Below the pieces are notes generated by a model, which had not been told where the DNA came from, did not search any database, and saw nothing but the letters and a program-made list of their open reading frames with translations. Source: an uncultured Eubacterium sp. (GTDB lineage Bacteria > Bacillota > Clostridia > Peptostreptococcales > Anaerovoracaceae). Taken from it: DNA of 64,000 nucleotides. The position numbers were made by a program, and so were the translations under genes. Within the stretch, counting starts at the first letter, position 1. Each line of letters starts with the position of its first letter. The stretch lies in the NCBI GenBank assembly GCA_937894585.1, contig CALBGO010000021.1, forward strand, positions 5 to 64,004, written 5' to 3'. This document shows, piece by piece, positions 40,730-50,128 of this stretch.

Positions 40730-41460
40730 GAATTTTTACACAGCCCTCAGCGGTGGGAGATGCGGTGATTCGCATCACAGACAGAGGGGATATCCGCCAT
40801 ATGACAAAGGTCATGCGTATGAAGGAAGGGGACAGAGTGGATGTGTCCGATTCAAGTGAATGGGAGTACCTGACGGAAATTCTGTCTGTTGATGAAGATG
40901 AGGTCGTGCTTTCCATACTGGATAAACAGAAGTTTTCTCGCGAGCCGGAGCTTGCGGTCACTTTATTTCAGGGCGTACCCAAGGCGGGAAAAATGGAGAT
41001 GGTGATTCAGAAGTGCGTGGAACTGGGTGTTTACAGTATTGTGCCGGTTTTTACAGACCGCAGTGTAGTAGTGGAAAAGAGCAACTTTTCAAAGAAGCTG
41101 GCAAGGTGGCAGAAGGTGGCTGATGAGGCGGTGAAACAGTGTAAGCGGGGCAGAATCCCGCAGGTTGAACCGCAGCTGCGATTTTCAGAGATGGCGGAGC
41201 GTCTTTCCGAATTTGATCTGGTGCTGTTTCCTTACGAAAATGAGGCGGACTATTCTATTAAGGACTGTCTGCGCAGCCTTTCCGAAAAACCGCGGACCGT
41301 TGCGGTCGTAATCGGTCCGGAGGGAGGATTTTCGGACAGTGAGGCGCAGAAAATGGCGGAAATTTCTGCCGTACAGGTAACCTTGGGAAAAACGATACTC
41401 AGAACAGAGACTGCCGGTATGGCGGCTCTGGCGATGATTATGTATGAGCTTGAACTGTAG
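40726..41460 (+). CDS. rsmE: 16S rRNA m3U1498 methyltransferase
   Basis: H..KVMR, QK..ELGV, IGPEGGF, LG..ILRTETA. Confidence 0.95.
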   Translation: MRIFTQPSAVGDAVIRITDRGDIRHMTKVMRMKEGDRVDVSDSSEWEYLTEILSVDEDEVVLSILDKQKFSREPELAVTLFQGVPKAGKMEMVIQKCVELGVYSIVPVFTDRSVVVEKSNFSKKLARWQKVADEAVKQCKRGRIPQVEPQLRFSEMAERLSEFDLVLFPYENEADYSIKDCLRSLSEKPRTVAVVIGPEGGFSDSEAQKMAEISAVQVTLGKTILRTETAGMAALAMIMYELEL

Positions 41461-41482
41461 ATATGAAAAATAGGAGGAAGAA

Positions 41483-42868
41483 ATGGATTTAAGCTACATG
41501 AAAACCGCAGAAGTCGGTATTCCGGAAGATCTTGAAAGACTGAAATGGACCGGGAGAATCAAGGAGTATGAAAAAACGGCGCAGCTGCATCTGCAGCGGG
41601 AGGATTTGCCGGAAGCGGTGAAAAAGTGCATTGTGCTGGAGCTTCGCAAGATGAAGGTCAATGCCGCAGAGTATCCTCTGACCGAAGAAGAGCTGATTGC
41701 ACAGTTTGCAGAGGTTGCGCCGGGATTCTGTAAAGATGATCTGGAGAAGCTTGCTTTGGATTTGGACTGGGCATATGTAGAGGGCGAAAAGCGTTATTTC
41801 GGCGCGACCAGATCCGCCCTGTTAAAATCCAGTCCGCTGCTTCGGAACTGGCCGGGACTTAAAATAGAAATTTCCGACGGAGATTGGGTCAGAAAGACGA
41901 CTTCAAAAATCAAAGAGCAGGGAAAAATGCGGATTGAAGCGGAAGTGGAAAAAACCATCGAAGTATCCGAAGAGGCTGCGGCAGGTCATCATCTGCGTAT
42001 AGATATTCCGTTTCCTTCTCCGAAGGGCAGCATTATGAAAGCTGCGGAATTTATTTCCGCAGAGGGCGATGTGAAGATAGCGAGGGAAGATGCCTATGCA
42101 AGAACTGCGGTCTTTGAAGCCGACGGAGACGAAAGACGCAGTTTTTCGGTTCGTTACCGCACAGAGATGGAAATTGAATACCGTTCTTTTGAAGATTTTC
42201 TTGCGGCAAGAGAAAAGAATGGCATAACTTCAAATCTTCCGAATGCGGATATCAGAGAAGACGATTTATTGGAAAACTCTCCGGCAGTGATGTTTACGCC
42301 GTTTATCCGCGCACTCTCTGAGAAAATTGTGGGAGATGAAACGGATAAAATTGTAATCGCAAAGAAGATTTACGATTATATGCTGGAACATTACCGCTAT
42401 TCTTATGTGAAGGATTATGCGGCAATCGACAGTGTGGGAGAATATTTTGCCCTTCGCGGCAGAGGTGACTGCGGTCTGCAGTCTATGCTCTTTATTACTC
42501 TCTGCAGATATAACGGAATTCCTGCAAGATGGGAGTCCGGCGTTACAGTGGAGGAGGACGGAACAGGCTGTCATGACTGGGCGCTTGTTTACCTGGAGGG
42601 CACCGGCTGGAGACCGGTGGACTGCTCTTTCGGAGGCGGCGCAATGGTATTTGATAACCGCGAAGGCGCTGATTTCTATTTCGGCAATATTGATCCGTAC
42701 AGAATTATTTTTAATACGAAAGAGATGGCGGATTTTGAGCCGCCGAAAAAGCAGTTCCGTTTTGATCCTTATGACAGTCAGGTCGGAGAGGGCGAGACCG
42801 AAGAAAGAATGCTGGAAAACGCTGAACTGAAAAAGACGACCAAACTGATTTACTGCAGAGAAATTTAA
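41483..42868 (+). CDS. Transglutaminase-like domain protein
   Basis: GDCG, GIPARW, HDWA.VY..G.GW.PVD (Cys-His-Asp triad). Confidence 0.82.
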   Translation: MDLSYMKTAEVGIPEDLERLKWTGRIKEYEKTAQLHLQREDLPEAVKKCIVLELRKMKVNAAEYPLTEEELIAQFAEVAPGFCKDDLEKLALDLDWAYVEGEKRYFGATRSALLKSSPLLRNWPGLKIEISDGDWVRKTTSKIKEQGKMRIEAEVEKTIEVSEEAAAGHHLRIDIPFPSPKGSIMKAAEFISAEGDVKIAREDAYARTAVFEADGDERRSFSVRYRTEMEIEYRSFEDFLAAREKNGITSNLPNADIREDDLLENSPAVMFTPFIRALSEKIVGDETDKIVIAKKIYDYMLEHYRYSYVKDYAAIDSVGEYFALRGRGDCGLQSMLFITLCRYNGIPARWESGVTVEEDGTGCHDWALVYLEGTGWRPVDCSFGGGAMVFDNREGADFYFGNIDPYRIIFNTKEMADFEPPKKQFRFDPYDSQVGEGETEERMLENAELKKTTKLIYCREI

Positions 42869-42933
42869 TTTTCGGAAAGCATCGCGAGATTCAGCGTTCG
42901 GAGAGAAGCTTTGAACAGGAAGCGCAGCAGGAT

Positions 42934-44838
42934 TCAGTGTTCGGAAAGAAGCTTTGAAAAGTCGAAATCGGGTTTTCGTATATTTCTTTTGAGGAGGTAC
43001 AGGCAGTCTGTATCTCCTTTTTTTATTCTGTTGATTCCGGAAGCACAGCTGAGTGTGGCGCGAAAGTTCATTTCTTTTAAAAGGGCTCTTGCATCTTCTG
43101 TGTAAGCGCCGTAAGGCCATGTGAAGGTGTTTGGCGCAGCGCCGGTGACAGATTTCAAAAAAAGCTGATTTCTGTATAGATCCCCTTGCAGTCTTTTCAA
43201 GTAGTCGCTTGGAGTTTCCCGGGGCTCTTTGCTTGCGCCGCGCCGTTCACTTGTGATTTTATGCAGGTTGTAAGTATGGTTCTGTATTTCCCAGACACCG
43301 CTCTCTTTCATCTGACGAAGCTCGGAGATATTTGCGGCGCAGGATCTTTCATTTCTGTACTTTGTTTGTGACATCTCTCTGCTGGCGCTGCCGATGACGG
43401 AAATGACCGCTTTCATACCGTATTCTTTCAGAATCTCCGTGCCGAAGGTATGGTTGTTCAGATAACCGTCATCGAAGGTGATGATAACCGGCTTTTCGGG
43501 AAGGCGCAGGGAGCCGCTTTTATCATAGACATAGTGTATGAGTTCTGTCATAGTAACGGAGGTGTACCCCTGTTCCTTCAGATAACGCATATCGCTTTCG
43601 AAAGTTTCTGCCGGCACATAGTAGTCGCCGACTCTGCTCTGCCGGTCGGTGAGTCCGTGGTACATAAGAATGGGAAGGTTTACTTCGGCTTTGTCTTTTT
43701 GGGCTGCGGAGCTGGAGGTGTGGGAACCGGGCATACTGCTGTTCGGCGTTCCGGCTGCGTTTCTATCCGGCATACTGCCGTTCGGGGTTCTTGCTGCGTT
43801 TTCCGAGACGGGTATATCTGCGGCAGCGGGCATAGTTCCTTTAACTCCGGATGCTTTTGCGCGGTTTGCGGAAAGCAGCTGAATCAGCGGGTAAGTGTCA
43901 ATCCAGATTTCCGAGAGACATTCCTTCTGCGATTCGTCAAAAATCAGCTGTATGCCGAAGTGGAGATGCGGTACATTGATATTGTTGACATTTTCTTTTA
44001 TGCTGTAGCCGCTTTGTCCCGTATAGCCTATGATTTGACCTGCGCGGACTCTGCTGCCTTCTTTTAAGCCTTTGGCAAAGGGAGCGTCTTTACGCAGATG
44101 AGCATAATAATAGTAGCGCTGCCTGTCGAGACTTCGAATGCCGATTCTCCAGCCGCCGTACTGATTCCAGCCCATCGCTTCAACAACGCCGTTTTCCACC
44201 GCAGCTACAGGTGTGCCTACGGAGCAGAACATATCGTGTCCCAGATGTTTCCTTGCAAAGCCGTAACTTCTGCCGTTTCCGAAGTCATCGCTTTCTGTGT
44301 ACAGGTATCCTGCAGCAATGGGCGAAAAGGCGGTAAGACCGTAAGTGCCGTCTTCACGGAATCCCAGAAGATTTCCGATGACCGCAGAATATGCGCTGTA
44401 ATAGTAATCATAGACTTTGTAACCTTGGATAAGGTCGCTTACGGAACTTCCCGAAAGGCGTTTTTCCGCAAAGGTTTTCAGGTCGTTTTTTTGATACCCG
44501 CTGAAGTCTCCGCCGTTTCGCGAGGCAAGATAAGCAAGGCTTTCGGTCCAGGGCAGATGCAGATCCTGCTCAAAAGTTTCAATATCCATCTCCATAGCGT
44601 CCTTTAAGGCTTCATAAGTGACATTGAAATCTACCCATTTAATGTAATCCTTTTTGTTTTCTGCGTTTCCTGCCGAAACTGAAGGCGCGGTGGCTGTCAA
44701 AGCAGGATTCGGTGTGCCTGACGAAACCGAAGGCGGCTCGGAAGAAGCAGAAAAGGAAGGCGGCGCCGGGGCGTTTTGGCTGACTGTGACACAGGCCAGA
44801 AGACAGAGAAGAAAAACCGAGAAAAATTTTTTGATCAT
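42934..44838 (-). CDS. Secreted M23 peptidase fused to a polysaccharide deacetylase (CE4)
   Basis: Signal peptide; HLGHD, YYYAHL, PHLHFG (M23); PILMYH, ITFDDGY, NHT, WPYG (CE4). Confidence 0.87.
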   Translation of the reverse strand: MIKKFFSVFLLCLLACVTVSQNAPAPPSFSASSEPPSVSSGTPNPALTATAPSVSAGNAENKKDYIKWVDFNVTYEALKDAMEMDIETFEQDLHLPWTESLAYLASRNGGDFSGYQKNDLKTFAEKRLSGSSVSDLIQGYKVYDYYYSAYSAVIGNLLGFREDGTYGLTAFSPIAAGYLYTESDDFGNGRSYGFARKHLGHDMFCSVGTPVAAVENGVVEAMGWNQYGGWRIGIRSLDRQRYYYYAHLRKDAPFAKGLKEGSRVRAGQIIGYTGQSGYSIKENVNNINVPHLHFGIQLIFDESQKECLSEIWIDTYPLIQLLSANRAKASGVKGTMPAAADIPVSENAARTPNGSMPDRNAAGTPNSSMPGSHTSSSAAQKDKAEVNLPILMYHGLTDRQSRVGDYYVPAETFESDMRYLKEQGYTSVTMTELIHYVYDKSGSLRLPEKPVIITFDDGYLNNHTFGTEILKEYGMKAVISVIGSASREMSQTKYRNERSCAANISELRQMKESGVWEIQNHTYNLHKITSERRGASKEPRETPSDYLKRLQGDLYRNQLFLKSVTGAAPNTFTWPYGAYTEDARALLKEMNFRATLSCASGINRIKKGDTDCLYLLKRNIRKPDFDFSKLLSEH

Positions 44839-45087
44839 AGATTTAGGTCCTTTCTAATAAGGCAGTATATTAAAACTGGCAGAAAATATAACTGAGCGGG
44901 AGAAAACGGCAGAAGAAAGTTTGTCATATTTCTATAGCTGCATGTTGCCTGAAATTGTTTTCTGAAAGCCGCCGGCGAAAGATTTTCTTGAAGAAAGTGG
45001 AAAAAGGTTGTACTATTATATATATCAAATTTGCTCGTAAAGGCGGCGATTTGCCGTCCGGCTGCGAGCTGGATCAAAAGGAGTTTT

Positions 45088-46404
45088 ATGAAAACAGCAT
45101 TTCACACATTAGGCTGTAAGGTGAATCAGTACGAGACAGAGGCGATGAAAGAACAGTTTTCCGCTGCCGGCCATAAGATTGTCGGGGAAGAAGACTTTGC
45201 CGATGTTTATGTGATTAACACCTGTACGGTAACGAATCTGGCTGACAGAAAGTCCCGTCAGTATATTCGAAAGATGAAGAGGGTGAACCCGAAGGCTGTG
45301 GTAGCTGTGACCGGATGTTATGCGCAGGTCAGCCCGGACGAAGTCAGCAGAATCGAAGGTGTTGATATAGTGGCGGGAACCAATGAAAAACAGAATCTGC
45401 TCGGTTATATCGATGAATTACTGAAACAGAAAGAAATCGTAAGAAGCGGCGCAAGGTGTCATGTGAGGGCTTACGAGGAGCTGACGGAATATCAGTCGGC
45501 GGGGATTATTACATCGATGGAGTCAAGAACCAGAGCATATATTAAAATTCAGGAGGGCTGCAACAGGTTCTGCTCTTACTGCATTATTCCTTTTGCAAGA
45601 GGTAAGGTGAGAAGCAGAAACCTTTCTGAAATCGTAGAAGAGGCTCGGCAGCTGATTGCAAAGGGATTTAAGGAAATTGTTCTGACCGGTATCAATACGG
45701 CTCTTTATGGTGAGGATCTCGGTTACGGCGGAATTGAACCTCTTATTGCGAAGCTCAACGGACTGGAAGGTGATTTCCGCATCAGATTAAGTTCTCTGGA
45801 GCCGACAGTTATCAATAAAGATTATGTGAAAGGACTTCTTAAGTACGAAAAGCTTTGTCCTCATCTGCATTTATCTGTTCAGAGCGGTTCCGACAGCGTA
45901 CTTTCCGCAATGAACAGGCATTATACAAGAGCAGAGTATCTGGATATTGTCAAAGTGCTGCAGGATTTCGATTCTCTGTACGGTATCACTACGGATATTA
46001 TTGTGGGATTTCCGGGAGAAACGGAAGAAGATTTTGCGGACAGTATGCGGATCATCGACGAAGCTGGCTTCTGTAAAGTTCACGCCTTTAAGTATTCGCA
46101 GAGGCAGGGTACGAAGGCGGCAGAGATGGAAAATCAGGTGGACGGCAATGTGAAAAATGAAAGAAGCCGCAAACTGATTGAAAAGGCAGAGGCGGATGCA
46201 GGCCGTTTTTACAAGAAGTGCAGGGGTGCAGTCCGCAGAGTTCTCTTTGAAGAGGAGGCTGACTGCGGTATGCTGACCGGCTATACAGACAATTATGTCA
46301 AAGTTTATGTGCCTGCAGGAAATGAGTTTCTGAACCGGTTTTCTGAGGTCAGATTACTGGAAGAATATAAAGATGGTATGAAAGGAGAAATTGTAAATGG
46401 CTGA
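45088..46404 (+). CDS. mtaB: tRNA t6A37 methylthiotransferase
   Basis: TLGCKVNQYE, NTCTVT, QEGCNRFCSYCIIP; synteny with rsmE. Confidence 0.94.
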   Translation: MKTAFHTLGCKVNQYETEAMKEQFSAAGHKIVGEEDFADVYVINTCTVTNLADRKSRQYIRKMKRVNPKAVVAVTGCYAQVSPDEVSRIEGVDIVAGTNEKQNLLGYIDELLKQKEIVRSGARCHVRAYEELTEYQSAGIITSMESRTRAYIKIQEGCNRFCSYCIIPFARGKVRSRNLSEIVEEARQLIAKGFKEIVLTGINTALYGEDLGYGGIEPLIAKLNGLEGDFRIRLSSLEPTVINKDYVKGLLKYEKLCPHLHLSVQSGSDSVLSAMNRHYTRAEYLDIVKVLQDFDSLYGITTDIIVGFPGETEEDFADSMRIIDEAGFCKVHAFKYSQRQGTKAAEMENQVDGNVKNERSRKLIEKAEADAGRFYKKCRGAVRRVLFEEEADCGMLTGYTDNYVKVYVPAGNEFLNRFSEVRLLEEYKDGMKGEIVNG

Positions 46405-46738
46405 TTGTGTTTTTTGTATGATTGCAAATCATGAGATTCCGTCAAATACAGCTTACGAAGATGATCGTATCATTGCGTTTCATGACTTGGACCCGCAGGC
46501 GCCTGTACATGTGCTGGTGATTCCGAAAAAGCATATTGCTTCCCTTGATGATGTAACAGAGGAAGACCGGGAGCTGATGGGCTATATTATGTTCAAGATT
46601 CATGAGATTGCAGCAGACCTGGGACTTGAGAACGGCTATCGTGTTGTAAGCAATAACGGAGAAGATGCTTTCCAGACGGTAAAACATCTGCATTTCCATA
46701 TTCTCGGCAAGAGAAAAATGGCATGGCCACCGGGCTGA
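46397..46738 (+). CDS. Histidine triad (HIT) nucleotide-binding protein
   Basis: DCVFC, HLHFHI triad, WPPG end. Confidence 0.93.
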   Translation: MADCVFCMIANHEIPSNTAYEDDRIIAFHDLDPQAPVHVLVIPKKHIASLDDVTEEDRELMGYIMFKIHEIAADLGLENGYRVVSNNGEDAFQTVKHLHFHILGKRKMAWPPG

Positions 46739-46894
46739 TTGATAAACGCTCGGGTTTTGCCGGGCAAGGCTGCGTCTGTATAATCCGGTCTGCCCGGCCG
46801 GTGTAAGACGCGCTGTAGCGGTACGGATGTTAGGGCGGTGTGTTTCCGGCGGCTCCGCAGCAATATCGGGAATTTATAAAAGCCTCATATGCGC

Positions 46895-47252
46895 AATCCC
46901 CTGTAGACTGTTTTTTGACAGAATGCGGGGGATTTTAATCCCGTCATACGCATTTTTTAAAACCTTCGGTTATCGGATATGACCCCCAATCCCCTGCAAC
47001 CAGTGTTTTTGGCAGAAACCAGGGGACTTTCAATAGAAAAGAGGGGGGGTATATGAAGGAAACGGAGGTTACTTTCTTCGATTTTGCACCGATTTACAGG
47101 GAAATATTTCCTGTAAATGATAAAAATTGCTCTAAAACAAGCACAAAAATGGGATATGATGGAATCAAACGCAAATACAGGCATCCATCTCCTCATATTT
47201 TTCGGCAAAAGTCCCCTGCAAAGCCAAAACAAAGGGAGTAGGCAGGAGATTT
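46895..47252. repeat. Cluster of three related hairpins with (A/G)TCCCCTG...GGGGA stems
   Basis: Units at ~46895, ~46988 and ~47208; CAGGGGACTTT (47020-47030) is the exact reverse complement of AAAGTCCCCTG (47208-47218). Confidence 0.5.
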
Positions 47253-47635
47253 CACAGACTCAAACAGCAAAATATACCGGGTAAGGGTATAGGAGGTTCG
47301 AAGAATGAGACTGCATTGGAACCCCAAGGTAGAAACGGTTGTTTCTTGGTGATTCAAAGGCGGTCGATTTAACAATTATCTTCTCTGAAGAAGCAACCGG
47401 CTGCTGCTCGGCGATGAATCGTATATAACGGAAAGAACGGTTGAGGTTCGGCGATGAATCGTACACAATATATTTTGGACTTACAACATATAGAGAAAAG
47501 TTCAGATTTAAAGCAGCTGAGGGAGTTTTTTCCTAACGGCTGTTTTCTTATATAGAGGAACGAAAAAAACGCAGATATATAAAAAAGGGGAAGAGTGCAA
47601 AGAATAAAAAGAATAGAAAAATTCAGAAATACTTG

Positions 47636-47663
47636 TTGACATTTTCCGAGATTATGATATACT
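47636..47663 (+). promoter_or_regulatory. SigmaA promoter ~400 nt upstream of lysO
   Basis: TTGACA-N16-TATACT with extended TG and an A-rich UP region. Confidence 0.7.
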
Positions 47664-47703
47664 CTAAGTACAAAAAGCAATAAAGAAATTTAGAGCTTAG
47701 AAA

Positions 47704-47992
47704 ACGGAGGAAGCAGTTCCGGTAAGAAAGAGGTGAGTCCGCCAGAAATGTCAGAAGTGCAGAGATAGTACCGATTGCATTGCTGAACAGATAATTTCAC
47801 AAAGAAGAAACTTAGAAGACTGAGTAAGGTGCGAGATGTGCTCCGCAGCTTGCCAGAAGAAGACTAAGATGGGCCCTTTGAGAAGAAGAAATTACTGTTA
47901 CAGTTGTCAGTCGGTACTTTGCTGTTTGGAACCGAAAAAGTTCTGTAATTCTGCGGCACTTCCGTCGTATTTCGGCAGAGGTTTATTTTTTT
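47704..47992 (+). ncRNA. Candidate structured RNA or 5' leader (long irregular hairpin)
   Basis: Nested pairings 47767-77/47908-18, 47786-98/47888-99, 47800-04/47876-80, 47811-15/47864-68 and more; T run at ~47986-47992. Confidence 0.45.
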
Positions 47993-48071
47993 GTTTGGAA
48001 CCGGTTGTTTTAACTCGGCCGGCTTGCGATAGATAAAGTTGACTGAACGTAATTTCAGGGGAGAAAAAGCT

Positions 48072-49109
48072 ATGAGTGATTTGGCGTTGTATTTGGTAAT
48101 GGCTGCGGTCGGGTACTTTTTCGGCAGCAGACTGCGGGATTATAATGTCCTGATACAGTGGACGGGGCGGATGCAGACTGTTGCCATTGTACTTTTGATT
48201 TTTACAATGGGTATGCGAATGGGAGCAAATCCGGAAGTAATTGCAAACCTGAACTCCATCGGTATTTATGCGCTGATTATGACAGTATCGGCGATATTTT
48301 TTTCGGTTATTTCCATGACTTTTGCAAGGAAAGCCCTGGGTATTGACAGATATGGAAATATGCACAGGAAAGGATTGGAACGAAACTGCGCAGGTTACGG
48401 TGCGAAAAAGCAGAAAGGCGAAAAATCTTTGGAGGCAGCAGGCGGCGTCTGTGAAAATGGTGACGGAGAGGATAATTCCTCCGGCAGAATGAATCTGATG
48501 ACACTGATTATTCTGCTTTGTGTTGTATGCGGACTTGTTTTCGGACATTTCGGCGTTCCGCATTTTTTTACGGATATGGAGGCCTTCGGCGCTCTGGCGG
48601 GTTCTTTAATCAATATCGGTTTGTGTGTGCTGCTGTTCTTTGTGGGATTTGATATGGGTGTAGATGGGACGGTAATCCGGAACTTTCGGCAGGTCGGACT
48701 GCGCGTTTTGATTTTCCCCGTTGTTATTATGGCAGGCTCGCTCATCGGTACAGGAGTCTGTGCGGCATTTCTGCCGATTTCTTTGAGGGAAGCGCTGGCG
48801 GTAGGGGGCGGTTTCGGCTGGTATTCTCTGGCGCCGGGCATTATTATGGAAGCGGGACTTGTAACTGCAAGTGCCGTATCGTTTATGCACAATGTGATGC
48901 GGGAGTTTATTTCAGTGCTTATAATCCCTTTTGTTGCGCGGAAAGCGGGATATCTGGAGGCAGTTGCGGTGCCGGCATGCTCTTCTATGGATGTATGTCT
49001 TCCGCTGATTGAAAGGTCCACCAGAAGTGATATTGCAGTCTACTCTTTTATCAGCGGCGTCATTGAAAGCGCGGCAGTACCTGTAGTGGTGCCTCTGATT
49101 TTAGGATAA
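48072..49109 (+). CDS. LysO (DUF340) family exporter
   Basis: LLIF.MG..MG.N, GFGWYSLA, HNVMRE, SMDVCLP. Confidence 0.85.
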   Translation: MSDLALYLVMAAVGYFFGSRLRDYNVLIQWTGRMQTVAIVLLIFTMGMRMGANPEVIANLNSIGIYALIMTVSAIFFSVISMTFARKALGIDRYGNMHRKGLERNCAGYGAKKQKGEKSLEAAGGVCENGDGEDNSSGRMNLMTLIILLCVVCGLVFGHFGVPHFFTDMEAFGALAGSLINIGLCVLLFFVGFDMGVDGTVIRNFRQVGLRVLIFPVVIMAGSLIGTGVCAAFLPISLREALAVGGGFGWYSLAPGIIMEAGLVTASAVSFMHNVMREFISVLIIPFVARKAGYLEAVAVPACSSMDVCLPLIERSTRSDIAVYSFISGVIESAAVPVVVPLILG

Positions 49110-49139
49110 AAATACGCAGAAAGCAGGTTTTGACAAATT

Positions 49140-49762
49140 ATGAAGGGCTTATTGATGTATCTGGTTTTAGCGGGTATCGGATATTTTACGGGAAGCCGTC
49201 TGAAAAAGCAGACGGTTTTGCTTTGTCTGGCAGACAGAGTACAGACCGCTGCCGCAGTGATTCTTCTTGTTGCGATGGGTATGCGGATTCTGATTTTTCC
49301 GCTGTTTGTGATGGCGGGAGCTTTTCTTGCAGCTCTTTTGTGCGCTGCGCTGCTGGGATTCAGTCCGAAAAGGTGACGAAGTTCTTAGAATCAAATCAAA
49401 TGAAACTTTTGTGCGCTGTGCTGCTGGGATTCAGTCCGAAAGAAGCGCTGGCGGTAACGGCAGGCTTCGGCTGGTATTCCATTGCGCCGGGTATAATTCT
49501 TGAGGCAGGGTACGCAGCCTGCGGTGCAATGTCTTTTACGCACTGCGTTATGAGAGAGTATTTTTCTCTGCTTTCGGTACCTTTCGTGGCAAAAAAAGCC
49601 GGCTATATGGAGGCTGTTGGAATCTGCGGGGCGGCAGCTATGGGAGTATGTCTTCCTATCGTAGAAAAATCGACAAGAAGTGATGTGGCAATCTATTCGT
49701 TTATTTCCGGTCTTGTTCATACACTGACCGTTCCAGTGCTGATTCCTCTGCTGCTGTCATAA
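49140..49762 (+). pseudogene. Broken second LysO paralog
   Basis: N-terminal (49140-49376) and C-terminal (GFGWYSIAPG) parts lie in different frames; large internal deletion relative to the upstream paralog; 71-bp insertion/duplication. Confidence 0.8.
49335..49441. repeat. 36-bp direct repeat (1 mismatch) flanking a 35-bp unique insert
   Basis: CTTTTGTGCGCTG(C/T)GCTGCTGGGATTCAGTCCGAAA at 49335-49370 and 49406-49441. Confidence 0.9.
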
Positions 49763-49924
49763 AGAGATTCCAAACAGACAGAAAATCTTTCGAAAAATTG
49801 TTGCAAAAAAGATTTTAAAAATGTTCTTGCCTATTGAGGACAAAAATAGTATAATAGTTCCGTTATAGGCAAAAGACTGTTCACAGCTAATTACTTTCAA
49901 GTTAGTCAGGAGGTGAATTGGAAT

Positions 49925-50104
49925 ATGGCACAAGTTATCGTAAGAGAAAACGAAAGTTTGGAAAGCGCTCTGAAGAGATTCAAGAGATCTTGCGCAAGAG
50001 ACGGTGTAATGAGCGAACTCAGAAAAAGAGAGCATTACGAAAAACCAAGCGTAAAGAGAAAGAAAAAGTCTGAAGCCGCTAGAAAAAAGGCTAAGAAATA
50101 TTAA
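49925..50104 (+). CDS. rpsU: 30S ribosomal protein S21
   Basis: [29 protein letters not shown]. Confidence 0.97.
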   Translation: MAQVIVRENESLESALKRFKRSCARDGVMSELRKREHYEKPSVKRKKKSEAARKKAKKY

Positions 50105-50128
50105 GTCATTTAGAATCGAGGTGATTAA

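Noticed and set aside
47750..47940. Lysine riboswitch or T-box upstream of lysO
   Set aside because: No recognisable L-box core and no GGTGGNACC T-box (only TTTGGAACCG); kept as an unassigned structured RNA
47836..48036. Cys-rich 66-aa ORF as a RiPP precursor or leader peptide
   Set aside because: Weak RBS, overlaps the RNA hairpin and T run, and no modifying enzymes nearby
49335..49441. A true CRISPR array
   Set aside because: Only two repeats, the repeat is lysO coding sequence, and there is no leader or cas gene in the window
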